A stretch of 64,000 nucleotides of DNA from an uncultured Gammaproteobacteria bacterium (GTDB lineage Bacteria; Patescibacteriota; Microgenomatia; Levybacterales; UBA12049), in the NCBI GenBank assembly GCA_964598355.1, contig CAZRBN010000001.1, positions 5,839-69,838 on the forward strand. The letters run 5' to 3'. Below, piece by piece: positions 29,596-39,607 of this stretch. The first letter of the stretch is position 1, and each line of letters begins with the position of its first letter. The notes below the pieces were generated by a model that saw only the letters and a list, made by a program, of their open reading frames with translations, was not told the DNA's origin and ran no database searches. Both the position numbers and the translations under genes were made by a program.

Positions 29596-29911
29596 TTATG
29601 AAACCTCCGTAAACAAAAAGATAATAACTCCAATGATGATAATTAAAACCACAATGTTAGAAAGTCCCGCAAAAAAAAATACCGAGCAACGACAAAATCC
29701 ATAAAAGAAGTAATACTCTAGCAATTTCTCGAAAAGGACGTGGAAGAATACCAATCATTGCCAATACAACAGCTAACACTAGTAGATTTCATAAAGAAAT
29801 AGGATGCCCATTTATGGAAAATAGTATGGGGTTAGGAATAGCAAAAAGTATGATAGGAATATATCCAAGTACCCATAATACAACAAGAATAAGAAGTAAC
29901 GCTAATAACAC
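29596..29911 (-). pseudogene. Degraded small polytopic membrane protein gene
   Basis: GTG start: MLLALLLILVVLWVLGYIP...NGHPISL*NLLVLAVV...ILPRPFREIARVLLLLWILSLLGIFF, frameshift in a 9-base homopolymer (29671-29679), then AGLSNIVVLIIIIGVIIFLFTEVS*. Confidence 0.65.
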
Positions 29912-30021
29912 ACAGACATTCTATTCATTCAACCATACAAGCGTATACAAAATAAGTAAGAATACCTTAAGATTTTTTGGTTTGAATAGTGAAAAACAGT
30001 AATCTGTGGTATTATACATGT

Positions 30022-30564
30022 ATGACAGAGCTTGCAACATTCGCCAGTGGCTGTTTCTGGTGTACAGAGGCAATTTTTAAAAGACTGAAAGGAATTATTT
30101 CAGTGACTTCTGGATACGCCGGAGGAAACAGCAAAGATCCAAGTTATGAACAGGTTTCAACTGGAGCAACAGGACATGCAGAAAGTCTTCAAATAAAATT
30201 TGACCCATCAATTATTCCGTATCATCACTTACTCGATATTTTCTGGCATACGCATAATCCAACCACTCTGAATCAACAAGGTGCTGATAGAGGGACACAG
30301 TATCGCTCTATTATTTTTTATCATTCAGATGAGCAAAAAAAAATTGCCGAAAATTCAAAAGAAGAATTAGAAAAGTCAGGTACGTATAAAGATCCTATTG
30401 TTACAGAAATCGTTCCATTTACTAACTTCTATCCTGCAGAAGATTACCATAAGGATTATTATGACACGAACAAATCTGCGCCTTATTGCACATTTGTCAT
30501 CGACCCAAAAATACAAAAACTGCTAAAAGAATTTGGAAATGATGTAAAAGAAGAATATAAGTAA
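30022..30564 (+). CDS. msrA: Peptide methionine sulfoxide reductase A
   Basis: ASGCFWCTE, GYAGG, TGHAE, QYRSIIF, AEDYH; start moved to ATG 30022. Confidence 0.96.
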   Translation: MTELATFASGCFWCTEAIFKRLKGIISVTSGYAGGNSKDPSYEQVSTGATGHAESLQIKFDPSIIPYHHLLDIFWHTHNPTTLNQQGADRGTQYRSIIFYHSDEQKKIAENSKEELEKSGTYKDPIVTEIVPFTNFYPAEDYHKDYYDTNKSAPYCTFVIDPKIQKLLKEFGNDVKEEYK

Positions 30565-33075
30565 TTAAGCACTCGGAAGTGAAAGGGTAAAAACAGATCC
30601 TTTCCCTAACGTACTTTCAACGCTTATATCACCTCCATGTTTGGTAACAATATCCCGTGTTATATAAAGTCCCATTCCTAATCCTGGATAGGTACTTTCT
30701 CTTTTCCCAAGAACACGGTAGTACGGTTTGAAAATATTGTGGAGATCTTTTTCTGGAATTCCTATTCCTGAATCCTTCACTGAAAGATGCACATACGCAC
30801 CCTTTTTAGAAAGCGTAAGAATTATTTCCTTCTTATCTTGTGAATATTTTGCTGCATTAGACAGAAGATTGGCCAAGACTTGTTCCATTCTGTACCTATC
30901 TATAGTAACAATACTATCTGTTTTGCCTTTTACAATAAGATGAAAATCCGGAAGAAGTTCTTGATACTGATCGATAAACTCCTTTATAAAAAAATCAAAG
31001 TATATTTCTTTTAATTGTAACGATAGCTTGCCTTGCTGAATAGTCGATTGATCCAATAAATCAGATACAAGTTGCTGTAGCTTATCAATTTGTTCTGCTG
31101 CTTTGGTAACATACTCTGTTTGCTTCCTCGTATCAAGTTTTTTAATATCTGACAGCAAATGCATATAGATTTTAAGACTCGTTAATGGTGTTTTTAACTC
31201 ATGGGATGCCATACTAATAAAGTTATTTTTTCTAACATCTATATCTTTAAATTCTGTAATATCTTGCAACACATTAATGACCAATGGATTTTTTCCATGA
31301 CCTTTATAAATGACTGTTGAAGTAATAGTTAACCAACGAGATTTATTTGTTTTTTTATTAACAAACTTTATTGTTACTTGAACAGTTTTACCAGTTTCGA
31401 ATGCCTTTCTACCTGGCATATTTTCTAGTGGAAATTTTTTACCATACTCATCTTGTAAATCAAATTTATAAATATATTCAAATCGGGGAGATTTCATCAT
31501 CTGTTCTATTGATTCGTATCCTAGCAAATGCATTGCTTCTTTATTTGCATACACAAGAGTGCTTTCACTATCCTGGACTATAACTCCATTAGGAATATTT
31601 TTCAGAATAGCCTCTAATTCCTGCTGTGTATCAATAACTTGTTGCTGAATATTTTTTTCTTCTGTACTATTTCTGTTATACACTGCAATACCTTCAATAC
31701 TTGGATAGATATAATTTTCATACCACATGTTGTGAGATGGATAATATTGAGTCACTGTCATCGGAGTTCTATTTTTCATGACCTGACGCATCGCCTTCCC
31801 TATCTCCAACTTTTCTACATCTGGAAAAACATTCCAAACAGTTTTTCCTAGAACATCATCTCTTTTGATATGCCCCATTTCTTCTCCTTTTTTATTTACA
31901 TATACATAACGCCACTCTTTATCCATAGCATAGTATCCGTAATTAAAATTCTCAACAATTTCCGTAATCTTTCTATTTTTTCCTTCAAGTTCTAATTCAT
32001 ATAATTTTTTGTCTGTAATATCACGAAAATTTGAAACAATACCTTTCACTGCTGCATCAGCAAGGAAATTTGATGAATTTGCTTCTATCCAACGCCATTC
32101 ACCCTTTTTATTTTTTACACGAAATTCTCCTTTTATATTCTTTTCTTTTGTAAACAGCATTTTACGAATATTCATTATAAGAGGGAAATCATCTGGGTGA
32201 ATGATTTTTTGTAAGGACATTTTCAAAAACTCATCCTGAGAATATCCTAAAATTTTTTTTATAGATGATGAAACATACGTGAATTTTAAATTTCCATTAC
32301 TTACAAGGATTCCATCTGAACTATTTTCAATAAGAGATCTGAACTTTTTTTCATTCATTAAAAGATCTCTTTTCACTGATTCATGTTCTGTTATATCCCT
32401 GTTAATCTCTAAGATTTTTGTTGTATCGCCTACATGTAATAAGGACCAGCGACTTTGAATAATAAGTTCTTTACCTTTTTTGGTAATGTGTTTTATAGTA
32501 CCTTCCCATGTTTTTTTCTTCTCAATTTCTTTATGAATTTTTTCAAGAGAAATAGGATATACTGTCTTCAGAATAGTATCTCCATGCTTACCAATAACTT
32601 CATTGCTCTTCCACCCATATAAATCTTCTGACCCTTTATTCCAAAAAACTATTTTATTATTTTTATCCATAATGAAAATCGCCTCATGAGACAGTTCTAT
32701 AAGTTTTGCTTTTTCAATAAGATCTTCTTCAAGTTTATGTCTATTGGTAATGTCTGTATAAAAGATCACTATCCCTTGACTAGTCTTGTAGGCATTCCCT
32801 CGAAGCCATTGCTTACCACCTGATGAATAATATTCCCAGGTATAAGGTTTGCCGGTTTTGAGAACTATTTGAAGGGGCTTTCCTAATTTTGTATGTAAAA
32901 TGCCTGGGAAAATATCAGTTACTTTCTTTCCCAAAACATCCTCTTTTATCTTATTAATAATCTCGCAAGCTCTTTTATTGATATACGTGTATCGCAGTTC
33001 ATTATCAAACGTAATAATAGCGTCATTAATAGAATCAAACAGAGAAACGAGATGATTATTGCCATCAAAGTCCAT
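30565..33075 (-). CDS. Soluble sensor histidine kinase, 5 PAS + HisKA + HATPase
   Basis: Five PAS-like repeats, ASHELKTP, NLLSNAAKYS, GLGMGL. Confidence 0.92.
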   Translation of the reverse strand: MDFDGNNHLVSLFDSINDAIITFDNELRYTYINKRACEIINKIKEDVLGKKVTDIFPGILHTKLGKPLQIVLKTGKPYTWEYYSSGGKQWLRGNAYKTSQGIVIFYTDITNRHKLEEDLIEKAKLIELSHEAIFIMDKNNKIVFWNKGSEDLYGWKSNEVIGKHGDTILKTVYPISLEKIHKEIEKKKTWEGTIKHITKKGKELIIQSRWSLLHVGDTTKILEINRDITEHESVKRDLLMNEKKFRSLIENSSDGILVSNGNLKFTYVSSSIKKILGYSQDEFLKMSLQKIIHPDDFPLIMNIRKMLFTKEKNIKGEFRVKNKKGEWRWIEANSSNFLADAAVKGIVSNFRDITDKKLYELELEGKNRKITEIVENFNYGYYAMDKEWRYVYVNKKGEEMGHIKRDDVLGKTVWNVFPDVEKLEIGKAMRQVMKNRTPMTVTQYYPSHNMWYENYIYPSIEGIAVYNRNSTEEKNIQQQVIDTQQELEAILKNIPNGVIVQDSESTLVYANKEAMHLLGYESIEQMMKSPRFEYIYKFDLQDEYGKKFPLENMPGRKAFETGKTVQVTIKFVNKKTNKSRWLTITSTVIYKGHGKNPLVINVLQDITEFKDIDVRKNNFISMASHELKTPLTSLKIYMHLLSDIKKLDTRKQTEYVTKAAEQIDKLQQLVSDLLDQSTIQQGKLSLQLKEIYFDFFIKEFIDQYQELLPDFHLIVKGKTDSIVTIDRYRMEQVLANLLSNAAKYSQDKKEIILTLSKKGAYVHLSVKDSGIGIPEKDLHNIFKPYYRVLGKRESTYPGLGMGLYITRDIVTKHGGDISVESTLGKGSVFTLSLPSA

Positions 33076-33202
33076 AGAAAAGTATGTTTAGCATACCACA
33101 GAAAAGATAAAATCTGAAGCTATTTTTTGAGAAATACTAGTGAGGAAATACTTAAGAGAACAACTCCCTTAAGCAAAATGAGACAAGTATATACAAACTA
33201 CG

Positions 33203-33775
33203 TTATTGTGTTTCTTCTCTTCCTTTTTTTAAAAGTGTAGCATACCAAATAAGTTGAGGTATCATTGCATCTGCTTGAGATTGAAGATGTTCTGTTTTTA
33301 ACCTTCCCTTTTCATCAAGCTGTGTCCAGTAAAGAGGAATATGCACTCCTGCTCGAATTGGTGTCATCTGCAATTCGATAGCAACTTGTCGAAGCTGTTG
33401 AACAGCTCTTGTACCGCCAGCAATTCCTCCATAGCTAACAAAAGCGATGGGTTTGTTATTCCATTGTTTGTAGACATAATCCAAAGCATTTTTCAAAACA
33501 GCGGAGTATCCATGATTGTATTCAGGAGTTACGATAACGTATGCATCTGCTTCACCAATTTTATCAGCCCATTTTGCAGCTAATTCATTTGTATATTTTC
33601 CACCCGAGGTAGAGGGAGACATAGGCTCATCAAAGAAAGGAAGAGGCCAGTCACGTAAATCAAGAAGCTCTACATCAAGACCTTTTTGTTTTTTTAATTC
33701 TGAAAAAATCCACTGGGCTGGTTGTTCTCCAAAACGCTTTTGTCTAGTACTTCCGATAATTACCTGCACCTTCAT
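33203..33775 (-). CDS. NADPH-dependent FMN reductase
   Basis: IIGSTR, VTPEYNHGYSAVLKNALD, VSYGGIAGGTRA. Confidence 0.93.
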   Translation of the reverse strand: MKVQVIIGSTRQKRFGEQPAQWIFSELKKQKGLDVELLDLRDWPLPFFDEPMSPSTSGGKYTNELAAKWADKIGEADAYVIVTPEYNHGYSAVLKNALDYVYKQWNNKPIAFVSYGGIAGGTRAVQQLRQVAIELQMTPIRAGVHIPLYWTQLDEKGRLKTEHLQSQADAMIPQLIWYATLLKKGREETQ

Positions 33776-33839
33776 CTTATTTGCATGATACGCTCTTATA
33801 CTTTACTTTGTAAAGTAGTTACCTTTTCTAAAGTATATC

Positions 33840-34538
33840 TTATTCTTGGATAGTATAGGTAAGAATAACTTGAAGAGTTGGTAAGGATTGCTCTCCACTC
33901 AGTAATGTTACATGATTTTTCTTATCTATAATAAATAAGGCAGGCAATTGACTAACTCCTGCAGTTTCTCCGGTTAATTTTTCCTGTTGTACTCGACTCG
34001 TCATTTCTCCTGTATCCAAACACTTCATGAATGATGTTTCTGAAATCCCCAATTCCTTCGATAACGGAATCAGTTTTCCCAATGCAAAACCTTCTCCACC
34101 TTCTATACCTGCTGTTCTTTTGAAAATCTCATCAGTATATCTCCAATATATACCTTGTCCTCCAATTTTTCCTGCACATAAAAAACCTACTGCTTCTATC
34201 TTGGCATTTATATATACGGGGAGAGGAAACATACTTTCGACAAAGCGAATATCTTTTCCATATTGCTTAAGAAGTCTTTGAAAAACAGGATGCATTCTCT
34301 GACAAGAAGGACACTCAAAATCTGAATATTCAATAAGGGTTACAGCTGCTTGCGTATTACCAGTTGTATAAGCTGAAGATCCAACTTTTTCAAGATTTCC
34401 TTGAGGAGTTTGGAGGGTATTAGGTGGAAGAGCAGCAAAGGCTTTTTGACGATTTTCAAGATAACTAACTCGCATAAACAACGAAATAAGAATTATAGAG
34501 AGCACTCCTAATCCCAAAAAAAGAACCACTTTTTTCAT
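33840..34538 (-). CDS. DsbA-like thioredoxin-fold protein, membrane anchored
   Basis: EYSDFECPSC, N-terminal TM, GVSQLP cis-Pro region. Confidence 0.88.
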   Translation of the reverse strand: MKKVVLFLGLGVLSIILISLFMRVSYLENRQKAFAALPPNTLQTPQGNLEKVGSSAYTTGNTQAAVTLIEYSDFECPSCQRMHPVFQRLLKQYGKDIRFVESMFPLPVYINAKIEAVGFLCAGKIGGQGIYWRYTDEIFKRTAGIEGGEGFALGKLIPLSKELGISETSFMKCLDTGEMTSRVQQEKLTGETAGVSQLPALFIIDKKNHVTLLSGEQSLPTLQVILTYTIQE

Positions 34539-34553
34539 ATCGTTATTGTACCA

Positions 34554-34587
34554 AAGAAACGTATGATTTCCTCATCATACGTTTCTT
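34554..34587 (-). terminator. Hairpin, probable intrinsic terminator
   Basis: Perfect 14-bp stem aagaaacgtatgat/atcatacgtttctt with 6-nt loop, 20 nt after the stop of 34607..35032. Confidence 0.65.
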
Positions 34588-34606
34588 CTTTCAACGTTAC
34601 ACAGTT

Positions 34607-35032
34607 TCACTTCGTTGGATGAGGTGTTACTCTTATTTGCATTTGTTGAGGATTCAGCTGAATATTTTGTGCTGTAACAGACCCATCTGCATTCTGGTTT
34701 CCAAATATCATTACCTGCTTTCCCGTTTGCAGTGCATCTTTTCCTGCACTTGTTGCTTCAGTGATAGATGTGTTAACAGATACAACAATAATCTTACTTG
34801 ATCCGTCCATCATCTTTACCGTAATAGTATTGGCATCTGCACTAATAATTTCGCCTCTGATTGGTCGAGCATTCCCAGATTGGCCACCAAATCGTCTCCC
34901 TCCGTTTTGCGTCATTCCTGCTTGGCCAAAAAATGTTACCTTTTGCATTTTTTGATATTGCATACCTCCAAAAAATGCTCCTGCACCAACAAGAACAACA
35001 ATGACAATTGTTATTATCCAATGATTTTTCAT
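34607..35032 (-). CDS. Membrane-anchored DUF5666-like protein
   Basis: TM with FFGGMQY, Gly-rich linker, GEIISAD..TITVK..DGSSKII..DGSVTAQNIQ; follows the MacAB-like genes. Confidence 0.7.
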   Translation of the reverse strand: MKNHWIITIVIVVLVGAGAFFGGMQYQKMQKVTFFGQAGMTQNGGRRFGGQSGNARPIRGEIISADANTITVKMMDGSSKIIVVSVNTSITEATSAGKDALQTGKQVMIFGNQNADGSVTAQNIQLNPQQMQIRVTPHPTK

Positions 35033-35129
35033 AATTCACCTCCTTCCTCCGAAATTCATCGTTCATAGGTATTAGTTCATTGCTATTTTTTGATCTATGA
35101 ACTGTGAACCATGAATAACGAACTACTTT

Positions 35130-36356
35130 CTATTCATACCTCAGTGCTTCAATCGGTTGTAAGTTCGCTGCTCGTTGTGCTGGATACCACCCAAAAAGAA
35201 TCCCTATCCCTCCAGAAACAATCGTTGCTAAAAGAATTGATGAAACAGATACAACAAAAGGAGAACTAGTAAGTGTTGCTATGACAAACGATACAATGAT
35301 TCCAATAATCATGCCAAAAATTCCTCCGATAAACGTTAAAATAACAGACTCTAAAAGAAATTGTGTAATAATAATTTTTTTCTTTGCACCAAGTGCTTTT
35401 CGCAAACCTATTTCCCGTGTACGCTCAGTAACAGTAACAAGCATAATATTCATAATGCCGATTCCACCTACCAGCAAGGAAATAGCAGCAATACCGGCAA
35501 GAAGAGATGTAAAGCTTCCTGTTGTTTGGGACGCTGTATTTAAAATATCCTGTTGAGAAAAGATAGAAAAATCAGCTTGAGCCGGATCAGCTAATTTATG
35601 CCTTGCTAAAAGCACATATCCTACCTGATTTTGTGCATCAACCATAACATCCGGACTTTTTGCTTCGAGAGCAATTGATGAAAGGTAGCTCTGTCCAAAT
35701 AATTGCTTTTGTGCAGTAGATAAAGGAACATAGACAATACTATCTTGATTTAAGAAGCCAGTTCCTCCTTTACTGACAGTAATACCAATAATAGTAAACG
35801 TTTGACCACTCATACGAACAGTTTGCCCGACAGGATCTGAACCATCAGGAAAAAGTGTACTAACAACTTGAGGCCCTAATACCGCAACTTTCTTCATCGC
35901 ATCCACATCACGTTGACTAATAAATGATCCTTCCTGCATGTCGACTTTATGAACAGTTGGATAGACAGAGGTTGATCCAATAACCTGAGCATTCATGTTT
36001 TCTTTTCCTGTTGTTATCTGAATTCGCTTTGATACTTCAGGTGAAACATTTTGAATGGTTGTAACTGTCGCAGAGGCCTTAATGGCATCAGCATCAGAAA
36101 CAGTCAGCGTTGTCCCACCACCGGCTGCACCTCTTACTGCTCCTGTATTTTGCCCACCGGGAATAACTGTGAGTAAATTCGCTCCCAGTGACTGAATTTG
36201 AGATTGTACTTGCTGTTGAGTTGCCTGACCCAACGAAACGAGCGCAATAACACTCCCAATACCAATCACAATACCTAGAATAGCTAATCCTGTTCGAAGT
36301 TTGTTAACTGTTAATGTGCCAATACTTTCTACAAGTGTTTCTTTAAAATCGTCCAT
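35130..36356 (-). CDS. MacB-like ABC transporter permease
   Basis: LGIVIGIGSVI, VGGIGIMNIMLVTVTERTREIGLRKALGA, PIEALRYE. Confidence 0.94.
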   Translation of the reverse strand: MDDFKETLVESIGTLTVNKLRTGLAILGIVIGIGSVIALVSLGQATQQQVQSQIQSLGANLLTVIPGGQNTGAVRGAAGGGTTLTVSDADAIKASATVTTIQNVSPEVSKRIQITTGKENMNAQVIGSTSVYPTVHKVDMQEGSFISQRDVDAMKKVAVLGPQVVSTLFPDGSDPVGQTVRMSGQTFTIIGITVSKGGTGFLNQDSIVYVPLSTAQKQLFGQSYLSSIALEAKSPDVMVDAQNQVGYVLLARHKLADPAQADFSIFSQQDILNTASQTTGSFTSLLAGIAAISLLVGGIGIMNIMLVTVTERTREIGLRKALGAKKKIIITQFLLESVILTFIGGIFGMIIGIIVSFVIATLTSSPFVVSVSSILLATIVSGGIGILFGWYPAQRAANLQPIEALRYE

Positions 36357-36371
36357 ATATAAAATTAAAAA

Positions 36372-37082
36372 TTATCTTTTTGCCATTGTCTGTTTTTTAT
36401 TTATCTCATCTTCTATTATATTTCCGTCTCTAATATGAATAATTCTTTTTGCATGGGCTGCAATATCTGGTTCATGAGTAATCATAACAATGGTATGACC
36501 CTGTTTGTTTAGCTCCTGAAAAACTGCCATAACTTCTTCTGCTTGAGCAGAGGCAATATTCCCAGTTGGCTCATCAGCAAGTAACAGTGCGGGATTCATA
36601 ACAAGTGATCGTGCAATAGCAACACGTTGTTGTTGCCCTCCAGAAATTTGATTGCTTGTATGATACATTCGTTCTGTAAGACCAACCATCTGGATATATT
36701 TTTCTGCAGTTTTTTTCCGTTCTTCCAAAGGAACTCCTGCATATCTCATTGGTAACATAACATTTTGTAATACTGTAGTACGAGGTAGCAAATTAAATGC
36801 CTGGAAAATAAAACCTATTTTCCTGTTACGGATATCTGCTAAATCATCGTCAGTGAGGTTCTCAACATTTTCTCCATCTAATATATATATTCCACTACTT
36901 GGAGTATCAAGTGCTCCGAGAATATGCATCAGTGTTGATTTTCCGCTTCCTGAAGGTCCCATGATTGCCACAAATTCGCCTTTTTTAATAGAAAACGAAA
37001 TATCGCCAAGTGCAATTGTTTCCATTGCTTCTGTTTTGTAGACTTTTGATAAATGAGAGACCGAAATTATTGAAGTAGTCAT
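36372..37082 (-). CDS. ABC transporter ATP-binding protein (MacB/LolD type)
   Basis: GPSGSGKS, ISGGQQQRVAIAR, LLADEPTG. Confidence 0.95.
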   Translation of the reverse strand: MTTSIISVSHLSKVYKTEAMETIALGDISFSIKKGEFVAIMGPSGSGKSTLMHILGALDTPSSGIYILDGENVENLTDDDLADIRNRKIGFIFQAFNLLPRTTVLQNVMLPMRYAGVPLEERKKTAEKYIQMVGLTERMYHTSNQISGGQQQRVAIARSLVMNPALLLADEPTGNIASAQAEEVMAVFQELNKQGHTIVMITHEPDIAAHAKRIIHIRDGNIIEDEINKKQTMAKR

Positions 37083-37190
37083 ATATTATTTTCGTTCTCA
37101 GTTTTTGGAATTTAGTTGATCTGTTATCTATTTATCAGACCGACAAACAGATAACTAGTTAATAACTATCTGAGAAACGAGAAGTAAAAA

Positions 37191-38471
37191 TTATCCTCCC
37201 TTTGCGCCTCTTCCTCCACCACCATTAATAAATACTCTATTACCTCCTCCAAACCCAGATCCACCAAAAGGAGAGGATGTTACACGGCTACCTGTACTTT
37301 GCGTTGTAACACTAGTTACGACAGTATCTCCTTCAGAAAGACCAGTCGTTATTTCAGTTTGTGTATCATTTGCATCTCCTGTTTGAACAGATACTGATTG
37401 TATCTGACCGTTTTTCAACACTCTTACCGTTGTTTGACCACTTGAGGTTTGGATAGCTGTTGACGGAATAAGAAGTATACTGTCTTTTACTTCAGTAATA
37501 ATTTTTGCGTTGACTGCCATATTTGGGTAGATAGTTTTGTCTGATGTATCTAAGGTAATAACTGTGGGATAGGTTGTCACACCCGAACTGACTGTCCCCG
37601 AGGTATCAATTGATGAAACTTTACCAGTAAATGTTTTATTTGGAAATGCGTCTAGAGTAAGTGTAACTTTTTGACCAGTTTGCACGTGGGTCACATCAAT
37701 CTCAGAAAGGTTAACAGTTGCTTGTAGATTACCCGAAGGTAATGTAATAGTACCAAGAGACTGTGAAGATGTCGAAGAGTTGCTTGAATTTGAAGAACTT
37801 GATTGTGTTATAGGAAATCCTGAGGCAATAGAAAGACCACTTATTGTCCCACTCGCTGGAGCAGTAATAGTCGAGGCTAACTGCTGATAAGCAAACCATG
37901 CACCTGTCAAAGATGCTTGGGCTGCTGCAATAACTCCTTGTTGATTTGTATAATCTGCTTCTGCCTGTTGCCAATCAGCACTTTCTTCAATATATTTCGG
38001 GTCAGCAGTATTTGGATTTTGTGTCCCTTTATCATTGATAAAGGTTTGATTTGCTTTGAAAAGTGCTGATTGTAATGAATTCATTTTTGATTTTGCAGCA
38101 CTCAGTGTATTTTGTGCATTCAAATAGGTTGCCCATGCCTGAGCTTGCTTTTGTTGTGCATTTTGATCTAGCACAAGATCTGCAATTTTCTGTCCCTGCG
38201 TAACTGTATCACCATTACTAACAGAAACACTAGTTACAACTCCTGATGCTTGTGTGGTAATACTAACGGTGCTTCCAGAAGAGATAGTTCCTGATGCAGT
38301 AACGTTTGTAATAAGCGTCCCGCGTTCGACTTGAGAAGTTTGATATTGAGGTGCAGCTTGCTGTTTTGTAAGAAAAACCCACCCAGCAGTGAAAATAAGA
38401 AGCATGCCAATGATAATTACAATGACTTTTCTGCGATTCCCAAAAAATAATTTTTTAACCGTACTAAGCAT
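37191..38471 (-). CDS. Efflux periplasmic adaptor (MacA-like membrane fusion protein)
   Basis: TM, ASGVVTSVSVSNGDTVTQGQ and ITAPASGTI lipoyl halves, helical hairpin; start moved to ATG 38471. Confidence 0.9.
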   Translation of the reverse strand: MLSTVKKLFFGNRRKVIVIIIGMLLIFTAGWVFLTKQQAAPQYQTSQVERGTLITNVTASGTISSGSTVSITTQASGVVTSVSVSNGDTVTQGQKIADLVLDQNAQQKQAQAWATYLNAQNTLSAAKSKMNSLQSALFKANQTFINDKGTQNPNTADPKYIEESADWQQAEADYTNQQGVIAAAQASLTGAWFAYQQLASTITAPASGTISGLSIASGFPITQSSSSNSSNSSTSSQSLGTITLPSGNLQATVNLSEIDVTHVQTGQKVTLTLDAFPNKTFTGKVSSIDTSGTVSSGVTTYPTVITLDTSDKTIYPNMAVNAKIITEVKDSILLIPSTAIQTSSGQTTVRVLKNGQIQSVSVQTGDANDTQTEITTGLSEGDTVVTSVTTQSTGSRVTSSPFGGSGFGGGNRVFINGGGGRGAKGG

Positions 38472-38503
38472 ACAAGTATACTCCACAATTCTAGACACCT
38501 TAC

Positions 38504-38520
38504 CTGAGAACAACCTGAAT
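38504..38520 (-). promoter_or_regulatory. Direct repeat WTTCAG-N5-TCTCAG (response regulator box), copy 1
   Basis: Minus strand ATTCAGgttgtTCTCAG upstream of the macA-like gene. Confidence 0.7.
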
Positions 38521-38521
38521 T

Positions 38522-39529
38522 TTAACTGATAGCTGAAAAAGACAGAGTAAACGTAGTACCTTTCCCTACACGACTTTCTACAGATATCGTCCCTTTGTGT
38601 TCTTCAATAATCTTTTTTGCAATAGAAAGTCCCAACCCATAGCCTGTTACTTTATTCTTTGTCCGAGATTTTTCAGCCCGATAAAATCTGTCAAAAATAG
38701 ATGGAATGTCTTCTTTCTCTATCCCAATACCATTATCTTGTATAATAAGATTGATATGACTATCTATTTTTCTTGTTACAATAGTAACTGAACTTCCCCT
38801 CGGACTGTATTTAATTGCATTATCAAGAAAAATAAGGAATAATTCTTCGAAACTTTGCGCGTCTCCTTTTATTGTATGCCGAGTAATTTTTTGAGTAATT
38901 GTTATATTTTTTGCCTTTGCCAATGGAGCAATTTTTTTAACAGCAATATCTATAATCTCAGACAAAGAAATGATTGTAAATGTAGGACTTCTCTGTATTT
39001 TTTCAGATTGAGAAAGACGAAGCAAATTGTCTGAAAGAACTTGAATAGAGGTAATATCTTCAAGACTTCCTTCTAAAACCTTTTTTGCATCAGCAAGGCT
39101 TAACTGTTTATCTCTGAGTGCTACCTCAATACTGGTACGAGTTGCTGTAAGAGGAGTGCGAAGCTCATGAGACGCATCAGTAATAAAACGGTTTTGCTCA
39201 GTAACCATATGTTGTATTGGTCGAAGCGTTCTTCCCGCAAGAAAATACCCACCACCACCAGCTACAATAAAAACAATACCATTTAAAAAAATAAGTGACC
39301 ACAATAATCGTTGCTCTGATTCTCGTAAGTCTTGAATCCGTTGTTGCGTAAATTGAGAAGGCATATGATACAAATCAAATGGATCTTGTCTTTGATGCTC
39401 CATACGGTTAATGAGTCGTTGTACTTCTTGCGTTGTTACATTGTAGAATGCCAAACTAAATAAGATACTTATTCCCATAATAATGAGAAGATACCAGGCA
39501 GTCAGTGTTAAACGTGCGCTATGAAACAT
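38522..39529 (-). CDS. Membrane sensor histidine kinase (two TM)
   Basis: DASHELRTP, DNAIKYS, GYGLGLSI; directly downstream of a response regulator. Confidence 0.94.
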   Translation of the reverse strand: MFHSARLTLTAWYLLIIMGISILFSLAFYNVTTQEVQRLINRMEHQRQDPFDLYHMPSQFTQQRIQDLRESEQRLLWSLIFLNGIVFIVAGGGGYFLAGRTLRPIQHMVTEQNRFITDASHELRTPLTATRTSIEVALRDKQLSLADAKKVLEGSLEDITSIQVLSDNLLRLSQSEKIQRSPTFTIISLSEIIDIAVKKIAPLAKAKNITITQKITRHTIKGDAQSFEELFLIFLDNAIKYSPRGSSVTIVTRKIDSHINLIIQDNGIGIEKEDIPSIFDRFYRAEKSRTKNKVTGYGLGLSIAKKIIEEHKGTISVESRVGKGTTFTLSFSAIS

Positions 39530-39552
39530 AATACAAACGTTAAAAGTTTACA

Positions 39553-39607
39553 GTGAAAAATTAAAAATTACGATACTTTTATTTATACATAAGGTACCAG
39601 CACTTTT
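39553..39607. repeat. Intergenic AT-rich hairpin element with 7-bp periodic arms
   Basis: aaaattacgatacttt arm is the exact reverse complement of an arm in the 60413 element. Confidence 0.6.

Noticed and set aside
19844-29791. Genome-wide TGA recoding (code 25 or 4) suggested by two in-frame TGAs
   Set aside because: TGA ends many intact genes, including ATGA overlaps at 3980, 6311, 9193 and 12527, and one of the two cases also has a frameshift.
29814-30002. 62-aa + strand ORF
   Set aside because: It is the antisense of the membrane-protein pseudogene and overlaps promoter sequence.
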